This document shows positions 1-14,000 of a stretch of 64,000 nucleotides of DNA, piece after piece. The notes under the pieces are model-generated. The model was not told where the DNA came from, searched no databases, and saw only the letters and a program-made list of their open reading frames with translations. The stretch comes from Acanthaster planci (Eukaryota). The stretch lies in NCBI RefSeq assembly GCF_001949145.1, contig NW_019091358.1, positions 682,961 to 746,960 of the forward strand, read 5' to 3'. The translations under genes were made by a program, and so were the position numbers. How positions within the stretch are numbered: position 1 is the first letter of the stretch; every line of letters starts with the position of its first letter.

Positions 1-302
1 CCTTGGTTACATACTGTATGACAAATGTCTAATTACATTACACTTTAGACTAGTCTGTAGTCTTGTAAAGTTATCTACCGTTCCAGCATACACCATGTGT
101 GTGCCTGCCGATAATTCTACATGGTTAATTCCTGAGGTATGTGGAATCCTGGAATACCGATACCAATCCTCAATGAAGTTGGCTTCTTGTTCCCAGGAAC
201 AGCTGCAAGTGACAGTGCAATTTCAGTCTTCACGATTCAGTTTTCAGCAAACCATACGGACCTTAAATTCTGCGCTGGACCAGTTTGCTGCCATGGCCAA
301 AC

Positions 303-1115
303 GGGGTCAGCTTGTTAGTCCGACAGCTCATAATTCCGATCCCTCATAAGTTCGAAAAAAGCATTTTAAAAAGTCCATAAGTCCAACACCTCATAGGTCT
401 GACGCCTCATAAGTCCAACGCCTCATAAGTCCGACACCTCATAGGTCCGACGCCTCATAAGTCCGACAAATGCGTTTGAAAGTTCCAACAGTTTTTCGGT
501 CCATGGCATAGATCCAATGCCTCATAAAAAAATCTGATGCCTCAAAAGTCTGACATTTGATTTGATGCTCATTACGAGCATATGAAGATGGCGCTAGGAA
601 CAAGACTGGTTCCCGGTGTTAAGTATGGTGTACTATTTATGACACACATACAAACATTTTTAAGATTTCAAAAGTATTACAGTCAAAAAAATGCTTTTTA
701 TATTTAGCGAAGTATCATACATCATTCTTACACATAGTGGTATTTTGGATTAAACAAATACTGGACCAGCAAACGAACTGTGCAGGTAGTCTGCTTGATT
801 TAGTTTTCCTAACAGGGTCAGTATCGTGGGCATGAGTTGGGAACAAAGTTGAATCTAGCTCGTGGGCAACGTGTCGAGCGGGCCCGCACTCCTCTATGTT
901 TCACAGTCAATGGCACTGATGCCTCATATAAAGTCCGACACCTTGTTGGTCCGACGTCGGATTTACGAGGCATCGGACGTTTGAGATATTGGAACTATGA
1001 AAAAAGATTGCCCATAAATGTGACGCTTTATTATTCCGATGCCTCATAAGTCCGAAAATTCTGACTTTTGAGGCGTCGTCGAGCCTATGAGGTGTTTGAC
1101 TCATGATATGCACCC
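303..1115. mobile_element. Non-autonomous DNA transposon with subterminal 16-bp repeat arrays
   Basis: CCTCATAAGTCCGACG units, tandem at about 373-468 and in both orientations at about 920-1100; imperfect inverted termini (about 20/30); flanks GGCCAAAC (295-302) and AGCCAAAC (1116-1123) resemble an 8-bp TSD. Confidence 0.65.
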
Positions 1116-4100
1116 AGCCAAACAGTGTTGACAAACAGGGTAGCTCTTTATGACAGTAAATTGTTCAGATGGAGATCATCAGACTGAATCATGACAGTCA
1201 AATTGTCACACCCATTTATTTTACAGTGAAGACCTTGTCAGGCCCATGGTGTTTTTAAGGTTCAATTACAAAGTAATTGGTCGTAACTTGTTATCCTTCC
1301 ATCCAGCTGTGTTTATCCCTCAGGTATATACATTCCCTGCACATCTGGGCACAGAGCTACCATTTTGCCGTTTTCCAGAACTAAAACGTACATGCAGTGG
1401 TACCTTCTATAAATCAAAGAGTAAATGTTTACATACCAGATTGCCCAAAAGATTTCAATTCACAGTCTGTGTTTGTTTAATTTGCTAGTGAAAGATCTAT
1501 CAAGAGTGCAAATCCATGAGTTTTGATTGAAGGTTTTTGGTCATCCCAGTGAACCACTACACAGAAATAAATTTGAAGATATTAGAGACAGGGGTCGGAA
1601 GTTAGTACAGGTACACAAAGTTGTAAAATTACCAACCTCAACATTTCTATTATACCCTGTACATGTACATTAAAAAAGCCATCAAATCAACCATTGCTGA
1701 AAGTGAACAGAAGGCAAATGTGTACATTCTTTTTCATTAGTTTTTGATTTACATGTAAATACTCTGTCATCCATGTTAGCTATTCCTCTGAGCATGTCAA
1801 AACTTTAACACGGAAACTGATTTGTGACTACACACATGGGAATTCATGGTTTAATGCCATTTTTAACTTCACCTTTTTTTGGGGGGGGAGAGCACATCCA
1901 GTTGGCATGTGGGTTAAGTTTAACTGAGGAAGGTGGCATACTGTAGGATTGCTGGGACTGATTTTATTTTAATAGCCATTTTCCTTCCATCACCATTGGT
2001 GCTTTCGATCATTATAGATGTCAGGCATCCCACGCCTATACTCCCACGAGTGTTGATTCATGCTTACTGTGATTAATGTAATTTATTTGTGATTACAAGT
2101 TTAAACAGCTCGGCGGTGCATCCCCACACCCACGTCTGTCATTGTAGACAGGGAAAAGCAAAACAATGGCAAGTAGTATGAACAGCTATGCGTATTTTTT
2201 GAGCCGTGTTGTACGGTAACTTTAGGGTTGTACGACTACTCGTCGGAATAATTGTACCATGTAAGTGGTCTGTTTTCAATTAATAGCCCTCTTCCCCTGT
2301 GATTCTTCAGTGGAAAGATTCCTGAAAGAATAGTCAGTTGTTGAAAGTGTGTGGACCCTCACAGCCTGAGCTCAAACAGTGTCTGTTTGCATTGTGTGTG
2401 ATGAAGCTACCTTTGGCCGTCCTCCACCCACTCGCTGTGTGCACGCTGCGTGCTTTGGCCTTTACCAAGGTACTTTCACCTTCTCCTCCAGAAAGGCATC
2501 GTCAATCGTAAACAGTATCGATTTGCTGCTTCTCTCTCGCTCTCCTACCTCAGAGGTCTGGTCAAGGAATCTGGCTTGCAGTTGTGCTCCGATCTGAAAA
2601 CAGCTGTGCTGTGGTTTTGGAGAGCTTGTTATAATTCAGTTTAGGTTTTCGTTTATAGGCAGGAGAACAGTGTGGGCACAACAAATCACATTTGCAGCCT
2701 GTCAGTTTAGTGACAGCTGGGGGGGGTGTGGTGCTTTGTGTGGTTGTGTGGGAGGGGGTTACAAAGGCTGTCTTGTAAGAGTTGTGGTCCCCCCTTAGGG
2801 TTGCAGAATTTTTCCCTTGCAATTTTTTTTATAGCCGCGTGGAAGAATGTATTTGGAACTCATCCAAAATCCAAGTTTTTAGGAGTCTAGCATGAACTCA
2901 CACAGATCAAAACGTAGGGCATTGTACTGTAAGCTACATTTTGGCAGCAGATGGTGGATTGACATATTTACCTTGCCTGTAGTACATGTACATTCACAGC
3001 AGAAGCAATGAGATGTTATTGATGAAAGTGCATCTACCGGGGATGCGCATCCTTTCACTGACATGCAAGCCACCCATGCAGATGCATAAACTCCATGATC
3101 TCTCTAAATGTCATGGAATGTGTCACACATTCCCTACTCCCTGCCATCTTCCACCCTGCGCCCCCCCAAAAAACAAGCAGGATAAAGAGCAGTTACATGT
3201 ACTTGCTGTTTGCTGTAATGAGACCATGGGGCTTTACCTAATAAGTACTAGTACTCCGCTTGTTTTCGACAAAGACCAAAAGTCCAAACTCTCTGCATGG
3301 AAAAGAAAAGAAAGGAACAGTTGCTTCACAGCATCGAAACTGACCAATGTGACATTCCCGCTGTGATAGTTTTGGAGCTGTAAACCTTGAGAAGACAAGA
3401 ATCCGAACTGGCACTGCCGAGGTGGAGACTGAAGGTTTGCATCCCAAGTGTGGGGCATCCCAAAATAGATCAATACTTAATCTACGGGTACCATTTGACT
3501 GGTGGATTGTTGTGCTGGTTTGATGTGCAGTGCAGAGTTACCATTTTCATGCACAAATGGATTCGATCTGGAGTTCACCGTGTTCCCAAGTGTCAGTGCT
3601 GTTTCAGACCTGCAAGGTTTACCCTGAAAATGTGGATTGCCAGGTGCTTTCTTTCAATGTCAGATTTTTCCCAACAAATCACAATGCTGTTTAATATGTG
3701 ATAACCACAAAAAAAGCACATCCTAATTCCAATGAAGTTACGAGCCACTGTTACAGTACTTCTAAATCAAGTTATTTGGTTAAAGTCCATTTTCATTGTT
3801 TCATCTCTTACTGTCGTTTGTTCATTGTATGCTTTACACATTGCAAAGGTGGGTTTTTTTTCAGTCTCCCCAGCAAAAATTGTAAAAAAATCCCCCAAAT
3901 TGAATTGGCATTATACAAGTAATTACCTGTGTGCACTGCAGTCTCATAGCAGGAAGGCAAGCATCTTTAAAGGGGCTGGCAATGGGCCACCCAGGGAGTC
4001 CCCAAGGTCTTTAAGTACTAGCAGTTAAGTAATTAGTGGAGTGAGTAAACATTGACAGTTATATGCTTGGGAGAGGGCTTTTGAGAGAAGCGAAAGGAGG

Positions 4101-7100
4101 AGATCATCTGTTGGTTCTTTGTCATGTGATCTGTGTGGGTTGAGTTGTGGATAGTTTGGACATGGAGATGGTGGGGGGGGAGTTGTAGCTACAGCAGGTA
4201 AAATTCTAGGCTGAAATCTGAAAGACTTTAGCAGTTGTGTAAGTTGCTTCTTTGTCAAGGCCATGGTTAATTTATTTAAACACTGTATAGTAATGCACTC
4301 GCCCAAATTGATCACCTGAACTTGGTTGTGGACAAATGCAATAACCTTCCAAATGTCAGTGTGATGTTTTTCCAGAGTTCGAGCATAGAGGAAGGACACA
4401 GAAGGAGTTGCAACTCAGGCACTTCAAAGTGTTCAGTGATGGTCGCTGCTGAGTCAGACGAATAATAGAAAACATTCCAAAAATGCCTGATTACTGCTTG
4501 CATCTTAGCCGCACAAGCGGGGCTAGTAATATCCCAGCAATACTTGTAGTTTTTGCTTGCAATTAAACACAAATCATTGCTTTGACCGGGAAATAGAGAG
4601 AGAAAGATCCCTGATATTAGACCTCCTTTGGCCATCGTAAATAAACTTTTTAAATTTTGATACACTGTTCCATTATCCATGCAAAGTTTGTAATTGTATT
4701 CTCCTCCGTCCAATACATCAGTGCTCAAAGACTTGGTGCGAATTTGGCTAAGACTGGCCAACAAAATGTTCACTACTACTGGAAAGCTTAGTTCATTAGG
4801 AACAGAATGTGCTATTTCATCACAGGGAGTGATAGTGAAATCTCATAAAATACTCTTTTGTACAAATGCCATAATAAAAATGATTAAAACAAAACACAAA
4901 ATCTTGTAAACAACCGGGCTAAATACTTGTATTCCCAAAGTAACTCCAGAAGAAAGAGCTCATTAAGGGAAGTGACTGCACAAATAGATTTAGGGCACAC
5001 AGCGTAATGCAAGCAACTGCACAAGCATTATATTTTATGTTTTTATGAGATCGTACCAAGTACCAACAAAGCATGAATATTCAATTTCCTATACCTCAGT
5101 GCACGAAGTTTTAAGGATGCAGATTACCATCGACAAATTGCGGCGGCGATCATATGGTAGGGTACAAAGGGGTTTCCTTGTTGTGAACAGATGATGTGTA
5201 GCAAGCGTTCGCTGCGCTCTGGCTATGGACATACCAGGCATGCCAGAAAGCGGTAATTGGCCAGATGTTATAGCCCGGGCAGTTCAAAATCCTTCTGTGT
5301 CCTTCCTCTATGCTTCGAGTGACCAGAAGATACATTTGTTTGCCCTGTTTCGCAGTCTTAGGGCCCATGTCTCTCAGCGAAAATGTCCTTACTTAACCAT
5401 AAAACAACCAAGTCTCACAGGACGTCATTGATATGGCCAGTATTCCAGCGTGATGATACTACTGTTTTCCAGTGTTCCCGTGTATTCGCCGAATAACATT
5501 TTTCTCCCCCCTTCTGTCTAAGACTAACTCTTTCCAAGCAGTGGTGTTGAAAATGAGCGTGACTGTCACAACTAAATGAATCACCAGTCGCAGCATATTC
5601 ATCTTTGCTGTGAATAGACAATGTACGCTGTAGCCTGTATATTACCCGTTCATCAACCTGTGATATTATACCAAATTGGCATTCATGCAATGGCATATTT
5701 GGTGCGGAGAATTAACCCATACTTCCAGACTCAGCTTGAGAGTGTTTATCCTCACATTCTATTCTGCTTCAGCCTGTACATGCACATTTCTGTGTTTCAT
5801 AATTTGCTCAAGTAGGGTAAGTATCATCATAAAGTAGATTTATGATATGTATGAGACTAACCCAGTACAATCTGTCAACACCATACTGCCGATAATTGGT
5901 TCCGTGTCATTTGCACCAGCCGATAAGCTTTCTGCCAAGGCTGACCAGGGTTTATTTGAGTTAGCAATTTATCACTTGGTTTTGATTTATTTCTTTAAGG
6001 AGCCCGGGTTTTTTTTTTATTAAGCTTTAATCCATGTGGGCAGGGTGATCATGAAATGCAGGGTTGTCCGGAATCTGTCCGGAATGGGCTGCAGGGTCAT
6101 CTTTGGGAAGACAGAGGTCATGGACAATTCCAGGCCCTTCATTGAAGGACTTATAAATCTTATGGTCAAATGAGATGGAAAATAAAGCCAGAGGTCATTG
6201 CCAAAATATGGGAGGCCCTCAAATAATGATGTATTGGAATAAATTTATCCTCTCCTTTGTGGACTTGTAAAAGCACTTATTATCTGCCTTCTTTTTTACA
6301 AAACTCTCATCTTGATTTTGAGGAAACCACTTGATTGCTGAAGCTGGATTTTTACTTCATTTATTAGAAACTTCTTGGGTACTAAACATGGTTACAACAC
6401 ATGAAGAAACACTATCCACATGTTCAGGCAAAACATCACTCCTGTGGTGTGTTCCTCTGTGGCTGGCAATCCATATCCATAAACTGGACTATGTGGGTGG
6501 TCTCTGAGCATGTAGAGATAGAATTCCCAAGGAACATTGCGATGCTCTTCCTGGCTTGTTTCTTTACAACCTTAAGCCAAGTTCGCACTGGAGTTTTTTT
6601 CCCTTGGGCTTTACTGAGCAGATGGTCAAAGAGAAAAATGGTCAAATGTGACCACTCTCCACACTTGGACTATCGGCACAGGAAAATTTTACCGAGACCA
6701 CAGGAAAAGTAACCAAGCTGGCAATGCAGTGACTTATGAGGGCGCTTTGTGTGACCTTTCTGCATTTATTTTTGTCCTTAGACACAACGTTTCTGTCCTC
6801 CTTATCATCTCTAAATGGTGCACTCTCAATGCCAGTTAATCTTCCAACAGTGTCAGTAACAATTTCTGCAATGATTGCAACCAAAAGAGGACAAATTTTT
6901 TTCCCAAAATATGTGCCACATGACATACATACCGCAACGAAACGTGCAACACGCATTCCTGTATGAAGCACGCCGTTGTGCTCAGGCCGGATGTACACTC
7001 AACTTGGCCACTTCCCCATGCTTTTTACTGACTTACGCCGTCTACACTGGACTTTCTGTCTAAGGAAAAGTGTCACAGTAAGTTTTCCTTGGCAGAAGTA

Positions 7101-7888
7101 GGCTGGTAGAAAGGCTCGTGCAGCTCAGTAAAAGTAACCAAGAGGAAAATTTCCCGGGATGTGTGACTGAAAATGGGAAATCAACTATTGTCTCGGTAAG
7201 ATCGACCAAAAAAAGTCCAGTGCAAACACGGCTTTAGTCACTGAATTTGCCATTAAGATGTGGCTGGACCAGTGTGCCGTTGATATAATTGGATGTTCTG
7301 AGAGTAGCAACTACATGTACATCCCTTGTTCTAAATTGGGTTTTCACTTAATAAAAGTGAATATTCTACTACTAGTAAGAGTAGTGATGGGCCCCTGTCA
7401 TCTCACTTGATCAAAGTAGATTCTCTACTGTGAGTATGGATTGGCCCCTGTCTTCTCTCTTGGGTTTTCACTTGATGGATGCTCTGCTAAGACTACAATT
7501 GGTTTCTGTATTCTCGACTGGGTTAGCTAAAGAAAACAGGAAGTTGTACTTAACGCCTCAGAAGATGCTCTCAGGGATGTTTCTAAAAAGTGCTGTATAG
7601 ACCAATCTGAGGAGAAATCATTGCTACCGGTACGGAGGTACCACAATCACTGGTGTTCGTGAAGCGCCCATGAATTTTGGCTAGTCACCATAACCAATTG
7701 ATCAAGTGGGTATCCAATAGGCATGAACATGTATGTACGAGGTACATGCAGGTGCTGCTTACATCCCAACTTATTACCACTGGGGTAGTGGCTTTTTAGT
7801 CTGGCCTGAAAAGTTGCTAAATCTGGTTGCCCTTTGCTAGAAACAAAAGTCCAACACACTAACGTGGTCCTTCTTTATTGTGTTGCAG

Positions 7889-8055
7889 TACGACGTATTC
7901 CAAGTACTAAACTCTAGAGTACTGGATATAGACAACTACCTCAGGGATAGCAGAGAGGAATCTGGGGAGGATCCCTACAAGAGACACGCCTTCAATCAAG
8001 CCAGGAGTGACAGTGTACCCATTGATAGAAACATTCCCGACACAAGAAACTTTAG
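7889..8055 (+). CDS. GALNT14/16: GALNT stem exon (YDVFQ...[29 protein letters not shown]), 167 nt
   Basis: ttgcag| acceptor, |gtggg donor, DPY-x3-FN and DR-x-PDTR stem motifs. Confidence 0.9.
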
Positions 8056-11000
8056 GTGGGTAGGAAAAGTACAGGGAGCAGTTACCATAGAGTTGAACTC
8101 TGCAGTTCAAGAAACCCTAACGCTGGTTGAGGCTGCTGTCAACAACAGGCCTTTTCACACTACAGTCTCCTAACCGGGTTGAACTCAACCCTTGGCAAAC
8201 CCATGACCCACCCTGGGTGGATTTGATTTTTTTTCCACCCCATTTTCAACCCGGCATTGTTTCACTCCTGTTTCATACAAGCAGAGCTTCAGGGCAAGTT
8301 CAACACGGAAATGAGCACAATTGTCAACCCAGGTTGAAAATTCTCAACCCTGGTCGGGAGCAGGGTTGAAGCCAATCCGGAATGAAGTCAATCTTGGGGT
8401 TTGACACATGGTGCAGGGTTGAAAATTTTCAAAGTGTGAATTGTCGCCTGTTTTCAGCCCTGCGTCAACCCAGAGATTTGTCTAGTGTGAAAAGGTCTAT
8501 TGTATTTTGAAAAGTAGCTTGAGTAACTCCAGCCTCATGCCTGGAAACTGACAGGCATTTCAATTGTGTGACAAAACGGTTTGTGGACAACACACCAACA
8601 CACCACAACAAACCGTACACACGACATGAAAATCACTGACATCGCAGTATTTTATACTGTGCAGAAATCTAGTCAACAAGCTGTGCGCTAAATGCCTGGT
8701 TTTTTTTTTCATGTTGCTCAGTTGACTTCTGTTTTCCCGGTCACCCACCTCACTTTCGTCCCTTATATTGTAATACAAATTTCTGCTTTTTTATATGAAA
8801 AGAGGAGCAGGAATCATCTCCTAGCAGTGACATCTGCATACTCCCCAAATCCTCTTGTATCATTTCTTGCCTGTGTCACTAAGTCAAAGACTTCATGCGT
8901 ATATATCGAACGCACCCATTCTCGATTGCATAATCACTCATCCTGCACAAACTAACATGCTGTATTTTGCATTCACTTTTAAAAGTTAACACCTCCTTTA
9001 GCTGATGTTTAGGATATTTTGATTGAACTGAACCCTCCTTGGCCGAAAAAAAAATCCAGATCAAATATTTTAGGGCCTTAAACCAATTACCTCCTACACG
9101 TAGATCCTTCCGGAAGTTTGAGTTGAGCTGTACAAGCTCAGAAGCAAAGGGAAGTCAGTGTCTGGAACTGTCATAATGGTTCCGAGGGTGTTGCTCACAG
9201 CACGGTTGTGATAGGAATACCATGCTTGCCTTGTACTTTATTTTTTCCATCTCCTGCTTGAGCAACTGAATTGTACTTTTCCTCGAAGTGTATTATGAGG
9301 TTGAAATTTAGTGCGGATTCCTTATTGATTATGTGCCATGTGTCGCAGAGGAGCTAGCTTCATTTCCTGCAAAGTGCCCTCTTGTCAGCCTTTTCACATT
9401 GGCAATTTCTTTTTGTTTGTTTAAGTCTTTGTGCATTCCACACGGAAATTTACACTTTGCTGAATCGGGTGTTGGGTACTTTCGGCAATGCAGTGCGTAA
9501 AATGGGTCTAGACAGTAGCAGTCCAGAACAGCGGATGTCTCTTTGCAAAAATTGTGGACTTTTTGTGTGGGTCTAACAAAATTAATCAAAATAAACGTGC
9601 CAGTTGTGTATTTGAGCCAAGGGAATATTTTTCTTTGAGGAATTTATTTTCATACATATAGTTAAAGAAATATTTGAAATGGAACGGTGTAGACTCAAGA
9701 TAATTGTGATGCTCCCAACTTGACAGTATATTAACATGTGATCATCAGGACACATTCACAAAACCTCAGGTCAGGCAGAAAAAGGGAAATACAGTTTTTT
9801 CGCAAGAAGTCCTTCATTATAATTTAAAAGAGTAATTTGAGGTAGGAACCCATTGGAACTTGTGGCCAAGATTTTGTTTTGTCTTTCTATCTTTCTGTTA
9901 GGTGCCAAAATATAGATTATGGTGTTGAAAATCTTCCTCCTACATCAGTCATCATAACATTCCACAATGAGGCAAGGTCAACATTATTAAGGACTGTCGC
10001 CAGGTAAGGCCATGCATCTTTTGAGTATATTTTCAAGGATGTATTTTGAAGGATAATAATAATAACAAGAGAAAATTTATAATGCGCCGTTTCCATAAAA
10101 ATGATCAACGGCACAGTACAAGTTAACATAAGAAATAATTAATTTAAGAAATGAAAGGATAAGGATAAATGAATAAGGATAAATGAATGAATGTCACCGC
10201 GCTAGTACCCAAACCACAGTATGGGGATACGTCTGCCCCGCCAACAGGAAGAACCTAACCCTGCTGGCATCGGTGATGTCTCGATCTTTCCCGGGGACAG
10301 ACGCCTCTAACCGTACCTACGATAAAAGAAAAGTAATTATACCAGATGCGGTGACACTAAAATAACAAATCACAGCTAAACTTACATTAAAGTCAAAAAT
10401 AGAATAGGATAGAAACCATGCAGGCAGTATGAATCAAACCCCCAACAGCGAGACCTGGGCTCTTAGACACATCATGCAGTGAACATTATAGATCAATTGG
10501 AATGAATAAGTCTAAGGTTTCACTTCGAGGTTCTTTCCACATTAAATGCAAACCAACATCGGCAGGTTTACCAGCCCAGCCACAGGAGTGTTATACCTAA
10601 GCTCAGGTCTAACCGATACATATTCAACAGAAGCCCGAGAAATTATTCCACAGGGTTGGTAACTTCCTCATTGACCAGACAAGCACATTTTCCTGCTTTT
10701 ATACCGGAGGACCCAGGTTCAGATGCTGAAGATGAACATAGAAAGAGGAGAAAAAAGGAACTGCTTGGAAATTGATCTGATTGTCGCATTCAAGGACCAC
10801 TCATTGGAAACCAAAAACCTCAGCCACAGGTGCATTGTAACCAAAGTGGAGGGAGGCCCACGCAATAACAGCTCTTGATGCTCAAATTAGGAGAGATTTA
10901 ATCAATTTGTTGACAGCACTGCGAGTGGCCCACATCTTTAGTCGCCTTTTGTGCGTAATCCAGAATGAGGAAACTGTGTTCTGTATCGGTGCTGAAAAGG

Positions 11001-14000
11001 GAAAACTCCTGGGTGGTTTTCTGTGAATGCTCGAGAAAGTGACAACAATGAGAAGGAGGAAAAGGCCTACTTTGAATTGTGCTGATCATGCATTGTGTGA
11101 TTGTCAGCAGCTTTAATATCTGTGATTGATACCTACACTGAGGTATTCTCATCACCTTTTTGGAGTAGATGAGAATAAATTAGATTCTAGGGGTGGGCTG
11201 GCTTCTGCACAGCCTCAACAAGTGACTTTAATTTGTAAGGCTTTTTATACAAAAGCCAGGTTGGAAGGATGAAGTGGGCTGTAAGCATGTCTCCGCCTTC
11301 TCTGGGACATGTAATGGAATTATATCTTTCTACAGTGAACTTCTCTGAGTTAATGGAAAATAAAACAAGGCACCAGTAGGGTTCCATGAGCAGTGATTCA
11401 GATCTGTTCAGTCATCTGCCTTGTGCTGGTGACAGCGCTGGGAGCCAGGGTGCCCTACAAACCGGGGAGTAAAAGAAAATGGAAGACCTGTCTGACTGAG
11501 CTGTGTGTGACTCACAGCTATTCATTAAAGAAGAGCCAATCAGCTGCATTTTTACCACAGACAAAACAAAAGCATTCTGAACCTGTGTCTGCTTATGGGA
11601 CTGCTTCAGCACGCAATTTGTAAGCTGTGTTGGGTTTTACAGTCGGCACAGTAGCAAAAAAATATTGGGATGGGGGATAAAGAAAACAGGTTTTAAATTC
11701 TCCGGCCTCAGCTTTGGAAAAATTGCTCGTACCGGTATTTGCTATACAAGTTTATTTATACACTAAATGTAAATGCATGATAGCCATGTTTTTGGTCACA
11801 TTGTGACTAGTTCGTGTAGTTGGTTTATGTTAAATTTCACTCACTAATATCTCCCTTTTCTGTTTCTTTTTCCCTTTTAATGTGGATTGAAATCCTAATA
11901 TATCCTACATCCCACACACAACATTTTTTATTCGTTTTTGCACGTATCCATTAGGAAACAATAGTTGTGTTTGTATAGCCCTTTATTTCCAAGCCAACAC
12001 TAATCCTCAAGTCTGATTGGTATCGACAATGTGATATTATACTGATACACACCCTGAGTATTGCACTGTTCTTACTCCATGTATTGCACTATTTTATGCT
12101 GAAGCATAATTCATAGCTGCAGAATTCACTGCTAATTCAAAAGGGGAGCGTTGGCATCCCATGCTGACCGTTACATGCATTTACACATGTATATTTGTAT
12201 ACGGCATGCATATTCCACCGTTATACTGTGTGCCAAGTTTGCGTGAAGATCAATTTGTTATTGTGCTAGCGCTTGTGGAAAATGGAACGTTCGTGTCCCA
12301 CGTATCACATGGCCTTCATCAGCTGTGTGGTTTGTAGGACGCAGAGGCACTACAGGCCTGGGATAACTACATGTATGTGTAGTTATCTGGGAATAAGTGT
12401 GTGTTCTCTATTTTCATTTGGTCCTTTTCAAGACATGCAACCTCATTGTGAACTTTATCAATAAAGGTTGGAACTATTTCTGCTCAGAGTACAATTATAT
12501 TTGTTGGTCAGGTCTATTGAGTCACATGGGCATGTCTCTCCCTGAATAGGTTTCTGAGGTTTCAATCAAAAAGGTGGGCTCTCACACTCCATGGAATCTC
12601 ATTCTGAGTCTTGGCCTAGTGAGGCAGTTGCCCAGGCAATTACCAATTCCAGTGATCCAGCCCACTGGGTCCTCAACTCAAGTGGACCAGTTTTGACAGC
12701 CAGGGATACCGATTTCTTTGTGTTCAGAAGAGCGGAAAAATGGCACTAATGAAGGTCTTGCTTTACTTGATTGAGATTAATTTGTTTACTGGTCTGGCTT
12801 CCATTTGGATAATTCTTGTTTGGTTTGCTGCTGTACAACTGTGACTGTCAGAGGAGTATCAAATCTGCTCGTCAACAAGGCTATTGTTGTGCCGTCTGTT
12901 ATGTGCACAAGTCAGATTAGGCAACTATCTCTATTCACAGGCAATCTTCATGAGAGCTTACCACCTTTTTGTTGACAAGTGACTTCCAAGAGTTTCTGTC
13001 TCTCAGTAGGTAGCAGAAATTCCTGGGCCGAAAGTTTAATTGATCTCAAGAACTAGAAGCAATCTTTCATTGTCAGCCATTCTGCCAACCTGGTCCTTTT
13101 CAGAATAAAAAAAGTGGGTTATACACCAGTGTGAAGAAGGAGATCCCATCTTCCTGGTAACAGTGGTTTTGGAATGCATCTGAAAACATATGGCTCGTTA
13201 CCGTACCTGTTCGTTGTGGGCGATATTTGGGATAGGGGTGGAGCAAAATACTCGATTTTGAAGTAATTGGACTTAAATTACTGACTTTGCCCCCGTGATC
13301 TCATCCCTCCATCTATTGACTTGGTAAGTTTTAAACAGGATGTCACCCCTGGAGTTCATATCTTCTGTGGATCACAGGCCTATCAGCTAATAGAAACAGT
13401 ATTGGAAACTATATGTAGGGCTATGTCGTTGTGCCACATACGGGTGCAGATGCAATCTGCGAACATCAGGAATGCAATAGTTGGTCCATCAAACATTACA
13501 CTTTACAAACCAAAACCTTCAAGCTCAATGAGGTTGATATAATTTGATTTGTGGTCAAATACCCATGAAAACTGGAGGTTATTTGGCTGTCTGTGGTACC
13601 ATTGCAATAGGCCATGCTGATAACTACCAGTATCATTGCAACCAGTGTGGGTTGATTCCAAATCACTAGATGGATAAGTCTAACCATGGTTGCCCGAATG
13701 TAGATTCAGCAAAGTGAAGTCGGCCACCATAAATGATAGGTCTTCTAAAAATTCCTTATGTGCTGAGATCAATCATCAAATTGATTGTGTCTCTTAAGCT
13801 GCAAGTACATGTACATTGTAAATAGAGAGTTCTCAGATTGTATGAATATGATGTGAAGAAAACTTAGTCTGTGTAACACTGGTGATACATACTGGCTGTG
13901 GTTAAAAATAACAGTTTTGAAAGAAGACGGTACATCCAAAAGACAATGTCCAGTCCTAAGGGTGCCTCTTGAAGCTGTCGAACCTGGGCTTTGCTCTCTT

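Noticed and set aside
340..470. CRISPR-like repeat array
   Set aside because: The 16-bp units are directly adjacent with no unique spacers, there are no cas genes, and the context is eukaryotic.
2379..2644. ORFs as the missing GALNT transmembrane exon, or a hAT transposase fragment on the minus strand
   Set aside because: No convincing signal-anchor or splice donor; the transposase resemblance (FTIDDAFLEEKVKVPW) is too short to support.
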